Assembly (NCBI GenBank): GCA_002753335.1
Contig: PEAD01000001.1
Coordinates: forward strand, 139,245 to 203,244
Direction of reading: 5' to 3'
DNA: 64,000 bases
Source: Nitrospirae bacterium MYbin3
GTDB taxonomy: Bacteria > Nitrospirota > Thermodesulfovibrionia > Thermodesulfovibrionales > Dissulfurispiraceae
Shown piece after piece: positions 28,758 through 37,214 of the stretch (position 1 is its first letter; every line of letters begins with the position of its first letter). A program made the position numbers and the translations under genes. The notes beneath the pieces were generated by a model that ran no database searches, had not been told where the DNA came from, and saw nothing but the letters and a program-made list of their open reading frames with translations.

Positions 28758-30272
28758 ATGAAGACTGATAAAATTCTGGTAAGAGCGGTAAACTGGGTGG
28801 GTGATTCGGTAATGACCCTTCCTGCTATAAAGGCGTTGAGAGCCGCATATCCAAAAGCCGAAATCACTTTGCTGGCAAGGCCTTTTGTTGCTCCGGTGTT
28901 CGAGAAAAATCTTTGCATCGATCATATTCTTGAATACGATGATGCATACAAAGGCCTGAGCGGAAAATTGAAGCTCGCAAACGCCTTGAAGAAGAAAAAC
29001 TTTAACAAGGCTGTGCTCCTTCAAAACGCCTTTGATGCTGCCCTTTTAGTTTTTCTTGCGGCAATACCGGAGCGTATCGGATATGGAAGAGACGCTAGAA
29101 GCCCTTTGCTGACAAACGCCGTGCCTTGCGGTGCTGCCGTAAAAAAGCTGCATCATATCGATTATTACCTTCACTTATTGGATGAAATCGGCATAAAGGT
29201 TTCTGACAGGCAGCCTTTTATAAAACTTGCGCTTGAAGAACGTGTTGCGGCAAGACAGGTTTTTGAAGGTTTGAATAGGCCGTTGCTCGGCATAAATCCG
29301 GGGGCTGCATACGGCTCGGCTAAGCGCTGGCTTCCTGAACGCTTTGCGGATGTGGCGCAGAGGTTTATAAAAGAAACCGGCGGAAGCATAGTAGTTTTTG
29401 GGGGCAAGGCTGAAGCTGTAATCGCTGATGATATCTTTAAACGGATTCATGGACAAAAAATTCTTGCTGCAGGGAAAAACTCGCTTAGAGAGCTTATAGC
29501 CCAAATATCAGAGTGCGATATCCTGCTTTCTAACGACTCCGGGCCGATGCATATTGGCTATGCCGTAGGCACGCCTTTGACAGCAATATTCGGTTCAACC
29601 TCGCCCGAGCTTACAGGGCCTCAGGGCAAGGCAAGCATTGTTATAAGGTCTGATGCTGAATGCAGTCCCTGTTTTAAGCGGACATGCAATGATCGAAATC
29701 TTAAATGCATGGACAGCATAACCGCCGATATGGTTTATGAAGGTGTTAAATCTTTAATCCCGCAAAGAAAGGCTGTTTTTTTTGACAGGGACGGCACGCT
29801 CTGCAAAGACGCCCATTATCTAAACCGATGGGAGGACTTTGAGGTATTTCCTGATGCTGCGCATCTGGGGGAGCTGAAAAAAAAGGGCTGCATGTTGATA
29901 GGTGTGAGCAACCAATCAGGGATTGCGCGGGGCCTTGTTGATGAAGGTTTTACAAAGGCGGTCAACAACATTTTTCTCGAGAAATATGGCTTCGATGATT
30001 TTTATTATTGCCCGCACGGGCCTCACGACGGGTGCGGATGCAGAAAACCCGAACCGGGCATGATTTTGGATGCAAGGGCTCGACATCAGATATCCGTAAA
30101 AGATTCATATGTTATCGGTGATAAAGATGTTGATATGCTTTTAGCAAAGTCTGTCGGTGCAAAAGGAATCCTTGTGCTTACCGGCCAGCATAAAGAATCG
30201 AGGCATGCGGATTTAGTAGTGAAAGACCTTAAGGAAGCGGTGAAGGTTATACTTAAAGATGGAGCAGATTAA
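28758..30272 (+). CDS. Fusion protein: GT9 heptosyltransferase (WaaF-like) + D,D-heptose 1,7-bisphosphate phosphatase (GmhB)
   Basis: The ORF opens at 28710, with ATG 28758 (MKTDKILV...) preferred. The N-terminal approximately 330 aa carry the GT9 signature LSNDSGPMHIGYA and CSPC. The C-terminal approximately 170 aa carry the HAD motif FFDRDGT, SNQSGIARG, the Zn site CPHGPHDGCGCRKP and GDKDVD. Confidence 0.85.
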   Translation: MKTDKILVRAVNWVGDSVMTLPAIKALRAAYPKAEITLLARPFVAPVFEKNLCIDHILEYDDAYKGLSGKLKLANALKKKNFNKAVLLQNAFDAALLVFLAAIPERIGYGRDARSPLLTNAVPCGAAVKKLHHIDYYLHLLDEIGIKVSDRQPFIKLALEERVAARQVFEGLNRPLLGINPGAAYGSAKRWLPERFADVAQRFIKETGGSIVVFGGKAEAVIADDIFKRIHGQKILAAGKNSLRELIAQISECDILLSNDSGPMHIGYAVGTPLTAIFGSTSPELTGPQGKASIVIRSDAECSPCFKRTCNDRNLKCMDSITADMVYEGVKSLIPQRKAVFFDRDGTLCKDAHYLNRWEDFEVFPDAAHLGELKKKGCMLIGVSNQSGIARGLVDEGFTKAVNNIFLEKYGFDDFYYCPHGPHDGCGCRKPEPGMILDARARHQISVKDSYVIGDKDVDMLLAKSVGAKGILVLTGQHKESRHADLVVKDLKEAVKVILKDGAD

Positions 30273-31287
30273 ACTTAAGCGTATTCCCAAGAAGATCCTG
30301 ATAATCAAACCGAGTTCGCTCGGCGATATCGTTCATAGCCTGCCGTTTCTTGATGCGCTTAAAACATGTTTTCCTAAAGCCAAAATTGATTGGGTGGTTG
30401 CAAAGGGGCTTGAAGATCTGATCGAAGGTCATACTATGATCGATAAACTTTGGGTCATAAATAAAGACCGGTGGAAAAGCGCGCGAAAACTGCCCGAAAA
30501 TTTAAATGAATTTAAAGCCTTGTACAGAGGACTGCGCAAGGAATCTTACGATATAGCTATTGATTTGCAGGGGCTTCTTCGCAGCGGACTGCTTATGAAG
30601 GCCACTAATGCGCCGTTCCGCATCGGCTTCAAAGAGGCAAAAGAGGGCAGCTCATTCTTTTATACGCACAGAGTTGCCGGGGAGCGGAACATACATGCGG
30701 TTGACAGGTATTTAAAAATCGCCGAGGCCTTAGGCTGTGTTGTCGAAGAGGTAAGGTTTCCCATGATTCTCGTGAAAGAAAACGAAAATGTGGGGAGTAT
30801 AAAATCCGCTTTTTCAGAATACGCTGTGCTTGTTCCGGGCGCACGTAAAATTGCGAACCGCTGGCCTGCCGAGAAATATGGCCGGCTTGCATCTATGCTT
30901 CCTGTAAAGAGCCTTATTGTCGGAAGCCAATCTGATGCGGCAATAGCGGATGAAATTGTTAAAACTTCGGAAGGCAAAGCGATATCTTTGGCCGGCAAAA
31001 CAGATCTCAGAGAGATGATTTCTATAATCAGGGGAGCAAGGTATGTGGTCAGCAACGATACAGGGCCTATGCATATTGCTGCAGCTTTCGGTATTCCGGT
31101 AATCGCGATATTCGGGCCTGCAAATCCTGTTCGCACCGGGCCGTACGGCCGCAATAACGTAATCGTTAAGGCTGATGTTCCGTGTTCGCCCTGCTACAAA
31201 AGGAGCTGCAAAAAAACTATTTGTATGGACGCTGTTTCTGTGGATATGGTTTATAACGCGATACCAAAACATTTAAAGGGGGCTTGA
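30259..31287 (+). CDS. Glycosyltransferase family 9 (heptosyltransferase I-like)
   Basis: 342-aa ORF with N-terminal KPSSLGDIVHSLP and C-terminal VSNDTGPMHIAAAFG plus CSPC motifs. Confidence 0.87.
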   Translation: MEQIKLKRIPKKILIIKPSSLGDIVHSLPFLDALKTCFPKAKIDWVVAKGLEDLIEGHTMIDKLWVINKDRWKSARKLPENLNEFKALYRGLRKESYDIAIDLQGLLRSGLLMKATNAPFRIGFKEAKEGSSFFYTHRVAGERNIHAVDRYLKIAEALGCVVEEVRFPMILVKENENVGSIKSAFSEYAVLVPGARKIANRWPAEKYGRLASMLPVKSLIVGSQSDAAIADEIVKTSEGKAISLAGKTDLREMISIIRGARYVVSNDTGPMHIAAAFGIPVIAIFGPANPVRTGPYGRNNVIVKADVPCSPCYKRSCKKTICMDAVSVDMVYNAIPKHLKGA

Positions 31288-31721
31288 TGAAATACCAGAC
31301 AGGAAGCACAGGCAGGGTGGTTGTGGCGAAGTTTGAAGACAATGACAACATACTTCAGGGGCTATCCGATATAGCAAAGAAAGAGAATATCAGGGCCGGT
31401 GTGGCCTATCTAATCGGCGGCATGAAGGCCGGCAGGTTTGTTGTGGGGCCTGACAAGGAGGAGATGCCGCCTGTGCCGGTTTGGCGCGAGCTGACCGAAA
31501 GCCATGAGATAGTAGGGATAGGCACTATCTTTTGGCATGGCGACGAACCGAAGATACATTTTCACGGCGCTTATGCAAAGAAAGACAGCGTTAAGGCGGG
31601 CTGCATGAGGGAGAACTCTAAGGCTTTTCTTGTGCTCGAAGCTATTATAGTCGAAATAAATGGGATTACTGCGACGAGGGAACTTGACCCTGTATCAGGC
31701 ATGGTGCTGCTCAGGGTTTAA
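31284..31721 (+). CDS. PPC (DUF296) domain protein
   Basis: 145-aa ORF with a start overlapping the preceding stop (ATGA). Sequence pattern resembles the PPC/DUF296 fold (GRVVVAKFEDNDNILQGL...GHIHFHG-like HFHGAYA). Confidence 0.65.
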   Translation: MMKYQTGSTGRVVVAKFEDNDNILQGLSDIAKKENIRAGVAYLIGGMKAGRFVVGPDKEEMPPVPVWRELTESHEIVGIGTIFWHGDEPKIHFHGAYAKKDSVKAGCMRENSKAFLVLEAIIVEINGITATRELDPVSGMVLLRV

Positions 31722-31771
31722 TTTGGAAAAACACATACAGTTTTGATAAACTTATAATTCTTATTTTTTAT

Positions 31772-31861
31772 GGAGGGGTGGCTGAGCGGTTGAAAGCGGC
31801 GGTCTTGAAAACCGTTGTGGGGGTGACTCCACCCAGGGTTCGAATCCCTGCCCCTCCGCCA
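31772..31861 (+). tRNA. tRNA-Ser (anticodon UGA)
   Basis: Cloverleaf readable by eye. Acceptor GGAGGGG/CCCCTCC, anticodon stem GCGGT/ACCGT with loop CTTGAAA (anticodon TGA), long variable arm GTGGGGGTGACTCCACCCA, T arm CAGGG-TTCGAAT-CCCTG and encoded CCA. Confidence 0.95.
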
Positions 31862-31863
31862 TT
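31849..31863 (+). repeat. Direct repeat copy 1 (att-like, tRNA-Ser 3' end)
   Basis: TGCCCCTCCGCCATT, identical to 44015-44029. Confidence 0.85.
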
Positions 31864-31986
31864 GCAATAAGTTAGCTGTGATGGTCATTTGGGGTTACCA
31901 TCTGGCAAAAATTATCCGCTCGCAGCTCAATGGGAACAAAAACAAAATGAAACTAAATCCGCTCTGCCATTCCTCCTAAAAATATC

Positions 31987-32016
31987 TTGACAAAGGTTAA
32001 CTTTCAAGTTAACCTA
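31987..32016 (+). promoter_or_regulatory. Promoter with embedded palindromic operator for the toxin-antitoxin pair
   Basis: TTGACA (31987-31992), 17-nt spacer, TAACCT (32010-32015). The inverted repeat AGGTTAAC-N6-GTTAACCT (31995-32002 / 32009-32016) spans the spacer and -10. The GTG start at 32022 lies about 7 nt after the -10. Confidence 0.4.
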
Positions 32017-32021
32017 ACAAT

Positions 32022-32378
32022 GTGGCTAAAACGATAATCTTTTACAGAACAACAGAAGGCAAGTGCCCTGTGAAGGAGTTTCTTGATTCTCTTTCTGCAA
32101 AGGCAGCGCAAAAAACAACATGGGTATTAAGCCTGATTGAAGAGCTCGACATAGTGCCGGCATCATATTTCAAGAAGCTTATCAGCACCGAGAATATCTG
32201 GGAATGCAGGATACAGTCAGGCTCCAACGCGTATAGAATATTCTGCTTTTTTGATGGAAGCTCTGTTGTTGTGCTGACGCATGGCATGATTAAAAAAACG
32301 CAGAAGACACCTCAGCGTGAAATTGAAAGAGCCGAGGCATACAGGAAAGATTATTCACAGAGGAGGGTAAGGAAATGA
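32022..32378 (+). CDS. Type II toxin, Gp49/HigB (RelE superfamily)-like
   Basis: 118-aa ORF with a GTG start. Sequence pattern of phage Gp49-like killer proteins (FYRTTEGKCPVKEFLDSL...WECRIQSGSNAYRIFCFFDG...VVLTHGMIKKTQKTP). Upstream of and overlapping an HTH antitoxin gene. Confidence 0.78.
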   Translation: MAKTIIFYRTTEGKCPVKEFLDSLSAKAAQKTTWVLSLIEELDIVPASYFKKLISTENIWECRIQSGSNAYRIFCFFDGSSVVVLTHGMIKKTQKTPQREIERAEAYRKDYSQRRVRK

Positions 32379-32650
32379 GTGATCTAAGAAAATACATTAC
32401 CGAAAGAAAAAAGAGGGACAAGGGTTTTGCCGGAGGCTATGACGAGGGCTACGAACAGTTCAAGATTGGCGTGGTTTTGAAGCAGGCCCGCGAGACCTCA
32501 GGAATAACACAGGAAGAACTCGCCCGAAGGCTGAAAACAAAGAAGACCGCCATATCACGGATCGAAAACCATGCAGAAGATATTAAACTGTCCACCTTGG
32601 AGAAGGTCGCTCACGCTCTAGGGAAAAGGCTTGAAGTGAAAATCGCATAG
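32375..32650 (+). CDS. XRE-family HTH antitoxin (HigA-like)
   Basis: 91-aa ORF overlapping the toxin stop (ATGA). HTH segment GITQEELARRLKTKKTAISRIEN. Confidence 0.82.
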   Translation: MSDLRKYITERKKRDKGFAGGYDEGYEQFKIGVVLKQARETSGITQEELARRLKTKKTAISRIENHAEDIKLSTLEKVAHALGKRLEVKIA

Positions 32651-32759
32651 AATGCCGATAAGATGTGGCTGCTACGCCTGCGCTCCATTTTGCAACCACA
32701 AGGTTTGTCATAGACATCACTTGAAAAGATTTGAAAGATTCGAAAAAAGATTCAAAAAG

Positions 32760-32788
32760 TTGACACAGAAAAACATATATGCTAATCT
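32760..32788 (+). promoter_or_regulatory. Sigma70-like promoter upstream of the repeat tract and first MCP
   Basis: TTGACA (32760-32765), 17-nt spacer, TAATCT (32783-32788). Preceded by repeated AGATTYGAAA-like motifs at 32727-32758. Confidence 0.45.
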
Positions 32789-32868
32789 TTTTACTCGGGG
32801 AAAATGGGGAGAAAGTGAGTTATACACAGCGAGCCTCACATCGCTTGTGTAAGAAAAAATATGCATGA

Positions 32869-32933
32869 TACACCCAAAAACTACACCCAAAAACTACACC
32901 CAAAAACTACACCCAAAAACTACACCCAAAAAC
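32869..32933 (+). repeat. Perfect tandem repeat, 13 bp x 5 (TACACCCAAAAAC)
   Basis: Five identical contiguous 13-nt units, read directly. Located between two ATG codons (32861, 32865) and the open reading frame of the downstream MCP. Confidence 0.97.
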
Positions 32934-33120
32934 TGACGATATCCTAATCGTCAACCTTCCAAGGCTTAAGGTTTTATACCCGGTTCTTATATCCGGCGTT
33001 GCCCTTATAGCGTGGCTCCTTATATTTTTTCTGGATGATTTTATAAAAAGCCTTATTCCTATCGCTGATACCGCTACTAAAGATGCCTTCAGCCATGCCT
33101 TATTTGTAATTGCGGAAGGC

Positions 33121-34248
33121 TTGGTCTTTTTGGTGGTTACAATCTACTTTCTCGGCAGACCTCTTACCCAAATCGTAGGATTAGAAAAAGAAATTCTTGA
33201 TAAATACGCACTGCTTAATATTCTTGACAAGACAAGAGAAAACAAAATCAAACATTTCTTTTCTTCTCAAAACAAGGTGCATGAACTGACAAAAGCCCAC
33301 CTTGATAACATCGTTTCTACGACGGACGATGCTGCAAACGGCATCATAAATCAGGCGCAGAGCGTGGATGAATCGATGACCAGCCTTATTACAAAGGTTA
33401 ATGGCCTTAAAAAGAGCAGTATCGAATTTGCAGAAGAAACCAAGGCTACCGTAATGGACAACGAAAAGACTATCGTGAGCCTTAGGCAGTATATAAACGA
33501 AAGGATGAGCGATCTTGATGATGACGCAAGAATGATAAAGACTCTTACAGAGGACGCCACCAATATGGCCAGACTGGTACAGCTTATGAAGGACATAAGT
33601 GACCAGACCAACCTGCTTGCTCTGAATGCGGCCATAGAAGCGGCAAGGGCGGGCGAACAAGGCAGGGGGTTTGCTGTCGTGGCATCGGAAGTCAGAAAAC
33701 TTTCTGTTCAATCTGAACATGCTGCGGGAGAAATAGGCAAGGCCATAACCAGCATGGCAAATAATATCAAGAACGAGCTGGGCAAAAAGATTTCTACTGC
33801 GAACACCGAAAAAGAAAAGGCTATTCTTCACCGTCTTGAGGGGCAGTTATCGGCGCTTGCGGACAGTTACCGGTGTTTGGACCATATGAACACCGAGATA
33901 CTTGAGCAGGTGGGCTCCAGTACTGGTGATGTTGCGAATGAGATTCTTCTAATGCTCGCAAACATTCAGTTTCAGGACATAACCCGCCAGCAGATAGAGC
34001 AGGTGGTTGCTGTTTTGCAGGAGATTGACCAGTATTCAGGCAGGCTTGTTGAGTGGATCGAAAAAGAGCATAACTGCGCCACTGATACATGCGAACTGCC
34101 TGACATGGATGTAGATGAGATACACAACAGGCATTACAAGATGGAAAAGCAGCGCACTATTCATAATGAAGTTATTAAATCCCAGAAAAAATCAGCAGGC
34201 AGTCAAACCAAAGCAAACAAAGATGAAGGCGCGCTCGAATTTTTTTAA
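33121..34248 (+). CDS. Methyl-accepting chemotaxis protein (short, membrane-anchored); 5' end apparently displaced by the upstream repeat tract
   Basis: MCP signalling hairpin motif [34 protein letters not shown]. The first canonical start in frame is TTG 33121. The same frame is open back to 32869 and encodes two hydrophobic helices, and TTG 33121 lies inside the second helix. Confidence 0.85.
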   Translation: MVFLVVTIYFLGRPLTQIVGLEKEILDKYALLNILDKTRENKIKHFFSSQNKVHELTKAHLDNIVSTTDDAANGIINQAQSVDESMTSLITKVNGLKKSSIEFAEETKATVMDNEKTIVSLRQYINERMSDLDDDARMIKTLTEDATNMARLVQLMKDISDQTNLLALNAAIEAARAGEQGRGFAVVASEVRKLSVQSEHAAGEIGKAITSMANNIKNELGKKISTANTEKEKAILHRLEGQLSALADSYRCLDHMNTEILEQVGSSTGDVANEILLMLANIQFQDITRQQIEQVVAVLQEIDQYSGRLVEWIEKEHNCATDTCELPDMDVDEIHNRHYKMEKQRTIHNEVIKSQKKSAGSQTKANKDEGALEFF

Positions 34249-34266
34249 GATGCACGGAGGAATTGA

Positions 34267-34635
34267 ATGGGCAAAATGATAATGATAATTGACGATTCCG
34301 CATCAATAAGGTCGGTGGTCGGCATAACACTTAAAAAATCGGGCTATGATGTGCTTGAGGCCTCAGACGGCAAGGATGCGCTGGCCAAGCTTACCGGCCA
34401 GAAGGTAAACCTGATGGTCTGCGATGTGAACATGCCGAATATGGACGGCATATCTTTTTTAAAGGCGGTAAAGCAAAACCCCACCTACAAATTCACGCCT
34501 GTGATAATGCTTACGACCGAATCACAAGAATCTCTGAAGCAGGAAGGCAAAGCGGCCGGAGCAAAGGCATGGATGGTCAAGCCTTTTAAGCCGGATATGC
34601 TGCTGGATGCTGTTGTTCAACTGATTCTTCCTTAA
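34267..34635 (+). CDS. cheY: CheY-like single-domain response regulator
   Basis: 122-aa ORF with the receiver acidic pocket IIDDS, phospho-acceptor in MVCDVNMPNMDG, and the conserved T (LTTE) and K (KPF). Confidence 0.9.
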   Translation: MGKMIMIIDDSASIRSVVGITLKKSGYDVLEASDGKDALAKLTGQKVNLMVCDVNMPNMDGISFLKAVKQNPTYKFTPVIMLTTESQESLKQEGKAAGAKAWMVKPFKPDMLLDAVVQLILP

Positions 34636-34653
34636 TCTCAAGCCGGAGGATAT

Positions 34654-34947
34654 ATGAACTTTAATGCCGAAAAAAGTGAAGGCTTTTGCAAAATGACGAT
34701 AGAGGGTGAAATGAACATCTACCACGCGGCAGAACTGAAAAAAGCTATCTTCGAAAACTTTGCTGACAGCACCGCTATTGAACTGGACCTTTTGCAGGTA
34801 ACAGAGATGGACACCTCCGGTTTCCAGATTATATATCTTCTCAAGAGAGAGTCTGATGCCTCTAACAAACAGTTCAGGATAACGAAGCAGAGCGAAGCCG
34901 TAACTGCTGTAATAAATCTTTACAATCTGGCTTCTCATTTCAACTAA
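34654..34947 (+). CDS. STAS-domain protein (anti-sigma-factor antagonist-like)
   Basis: 97-aa ORF with a SpoIIAA/RsbV-like pattern, including the phosphorylatable-Ser region LLQVTEMDTSGFQIIYLL. Confidence 0.78.
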   Translation: MNFNAEKSEGFCKMTIEGEMNIYHAAELKKAIFENFADSTAIELDLLQVTEMDTSGFQIIYLLKRESDASNKQFRITKQSEAVTAVINLYNLASHFN

Positions 34948-34960
34948 CACAGGAGACCAA

Positions 34961-37120
34961 ATGGAAGAAGTCGATCTCATAAGACAAGTTTTTCTGACAG
35001 AAAGCGTTGAGCATCTTCAAAACATCGAGGACTGCCTGCTCGCTATGGAAACCAATCCTGACGACACAGACACTATAAATGCGCTGTTCAGGGCTGCACA
35101 CACCATCAAGGGCTCTTCCGGAATCGTGGGACTCGAAATCGTCGAAAAGTTCACACATAATGTCGAAAGCCTGCTCGATAAAGTAAGAAGGGGCGAACTC
35201 AGGATAAACGCCGATATTACCGAGGTTCTGCTTAAATGCCGTGACCATATAGCCTCTCTTATAGAGATCGAGACGGACGGCAGGCTCCTTGAGGGCGAGC
35301 TGAAGGCAACCGGGGAAGCATTGAAGAGCGAACTTCTGAAGCTGCTTGGCGCAAAACAGGAAGAGGATAAAAAAATCGAAGCGTCTGCGGTTGTGGAAGC
35401 TGCCCCCTCATATAATGCCTCAGAAACCTCGAACTGGCACCTGTCTTTGAGGTTTTCGCAAAACGTGCTTCAGGACGGCATGGACCCTATATCTTTCATA
35501 AATTACCTTTCGCGTATCGGCGAGATCGTATATCTGGCTACTTTGACAGACACTATGCCATCGCTTGAGGAGATGAATCCAGAAAACTGCTATTTGGGCT
35601 TTGAGCTTGAGTTCAAGACCGATTTTGACAAAAAGACGATAGACGATGTTTTTGAGTTTGTTCGCGAAGACAGTCAGATAAGGATTCTTCCTCCGCACAG
35701 TTCTGTTTCATCCTATGTTGAATTAATCAGAAGCCTTCCTGAAGACCCGCTTAGGTTGGGCGAATTGCTTGTTAAGGGCGGCGCACTTACCCAGTCCGAA
35801 CTTGACGCGGCCCTGCAGGAGCAGGATGAGTCTAAAGGCCGGCTCGGAGAAATCCTTGTAAAAGACAGCGTTGTTCATCCCGAGGTTGTTGAAGCAGCGG
35901 TTGAAAAGCAGAAGCGGGCGCGTGAGGTGAAGTCTCTGGAGAGCCAGACCATAAGAGTGGATATAAACAAACTTGATCAGCTTGTGAATATGGTGGGAGA
36001 GCTTGTGATAACAGGGGCCAACATCAACCAGCAGGCGCAGAGGCTTCAGGACGGCAGTCTGCTGGAATCGGCCTCGGCCATGTCCCGTCTTGTGGAAGCA
36101 ATACGGGAGAGGTCGATGCAGGTGCGCATGGTACCTATCAATGAGGTATTTACCCGCTTCAACAGGGTGGTGCGCGACATCTGCCACGACAGCGGCAAAG
36201 AGATCGAGCTTGTGATAAACGGCGGAGACACCGAAGTGGACAAGACGGTTGTAGAGAAGATAAGCGATCCGCTTATGCATCTGGTGCGCAATGCGGCTGA
36301 CCACGGCCTTGAAATGCCGGAGGCAAGAGCCGCAAAAGGCAAGCGGGCAAAGGGTGTTTTAAAGTTAAACGCCTTTCATGACGCAGGCTGCATAGTTATC
36401 GAGGTTGTGGATGACGGCGCCGGGCTGAACAAAGAAAAAATAATCAAGAAAGCTCTCGAAAGGGGCATGCTTAACCAGTCACAGATACAGACAATGACCG
36501 ACGGCGAGATATACAGGCTTATATTCGAAGCCGGTCTTTCGACCGCAGAACAGATTACCAAACTGTCAGGCAGAGGCGTGGGCATGGATGTTGTGCGGAA
36601 AAATATCGAGGCTTTGAGAGGCACTGTAGAGGTTTCGAGTCAGGAAAATCAGGGCACGACCGTAAGCATAAGACTGCCTCTCACCCTTGCTATCATCGAC
36701 GGCTTTCTTGTCGGCATCGGCGATTCTTCTTTCGTTATACCTCTTGATATGGTTGTGGAGTGCGTTGAACTTTCAGAGGCCTACCGCGAATCAAAGGACA
36801 GACGCAGCTACATAAATCTGCGCGGTGAGGTGCTGCCGTACCTTAGATTGAAAGACCTTTTTGAGGAATCTTCAGAGGTGAGCAAGTACGAAAATATAGT
36901 GGTGGTTAAATATCTAGGTTTTAAAGTCGGCCTTGTGGTTGACAACCTGTTCGGAGAGGTTCAGGCGGTTATCAAGTCTCTCGGAAGACTTTATAAAGAC
37001 ATAGAGGGAGTCTCGGGCGCAACGATACTGGGCGACGGAACAGTAGCACTGATTCTGGATATACCGAGGCTTGTGAGCATTGCAGAGAAAATGGAACATC
37101 TTGTAACAGATTCTCAATAA
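34961..37120 (+). CDS. cheA: Chemotaxis histidine kinase CheA
   Basis: 719-aa ORF. Hpt domain with AAHTIKGSSG. HATPase boxes HLVRNAADHGLE, DDGAGL and GRGVGMDVV. C-terminal CheW-like domain. Confidence 0.95.
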   Translation: MEEVDLIRQVFLTESVEHLQNIEDCLLAMETNPDDTDTINALFRAAHTIKGSSGIVGLEIVEKFTHNVESLLDKVRRGELRINADITEVLLKCRDHIASLIEIETDGRLLEGELKATGEALKSELLKLLGAKQEEDKKIEASAVVEAAPSYNASETSNWHLSLRFSQNVLQDGMDPISFINYLSRIGEIVYLATLTDTMPSLEEMNPENCYLGFELEFKTDFDKKTIDDVFEFVREDSQIRILPPHSSVSSYVELIRSLPEDPLRLGELLVKGGALTQSELDAALQEQDESKGRLGEILVKDSVVHPEVVEAAVEKQKRAREVKSLESQTIRVDINKLDQLVNMVGELVITGANINQQAQRLQDGSLLESASAMSRLVEAIRERSMQVRMVPINEVFTRFNRVVRDICHDSGKEIELVINGGDTEVDKTVVEKISDPLMHLVRNAADHGLEMPEARAAKGKRAKGVLKLNAFHDAGCIVIEVVDDGAGLNKEKIIKKALERGMLNQSQIQTMTDGEIYRLIFEAGLSTAEQITKLSGRGVGMDVVRKNIEALRGTVEVSSQENQGTTVSIRLPLTLAIIDGFLVGIGDSSFVIPLDMVVECVELSEAYRESKDRRSYINLRGEVLPYLRLKDLFEESSEVSKYENIVVVKYLGFKVGLVVDNLFGEVQAVIKSLGRLYKDIEGVSGATILGDGTVALILDIPRLVSIAEKMEHLVTDSQ

Positions 37121-37214
37121 AAAATACCAGAAAGGAGGGTTTTGCTCAGGCAGGTTAATAGCATACGGGTAATCGGGAGAGAAATTAATCTTAACAAACA
37201 AGAGGAGGAACAAC

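Noticed and set aside
28706-28918. N-terminal extension of the EndoIII-like ORF (to 28918) and of the WaaF-GmhB ORF (from 28710), which would overlap divergently
   Set aside because: The extensions are non-homologous to their families (hydrophobic junk translation). Internal ATGs at 28705 and 28758 give canonical N-termini and remove the overlap.
32652-32852. 66-aa Cys/His-rich ORF between the TA module and the repeat tract
   Set aside because: It has no RBS, spans the predicted promoter (32760-32788) of the MCP gene, and its basic/low-complexity sequence looks like a chance ORF in an AT-rich regulatory region.
32869-32933. Possible CRISPR array
   Set aside because: The units are 13 bp and directly contiguous with no spacers, and no cas genes are in the window. 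This is a simple tandem repeat.
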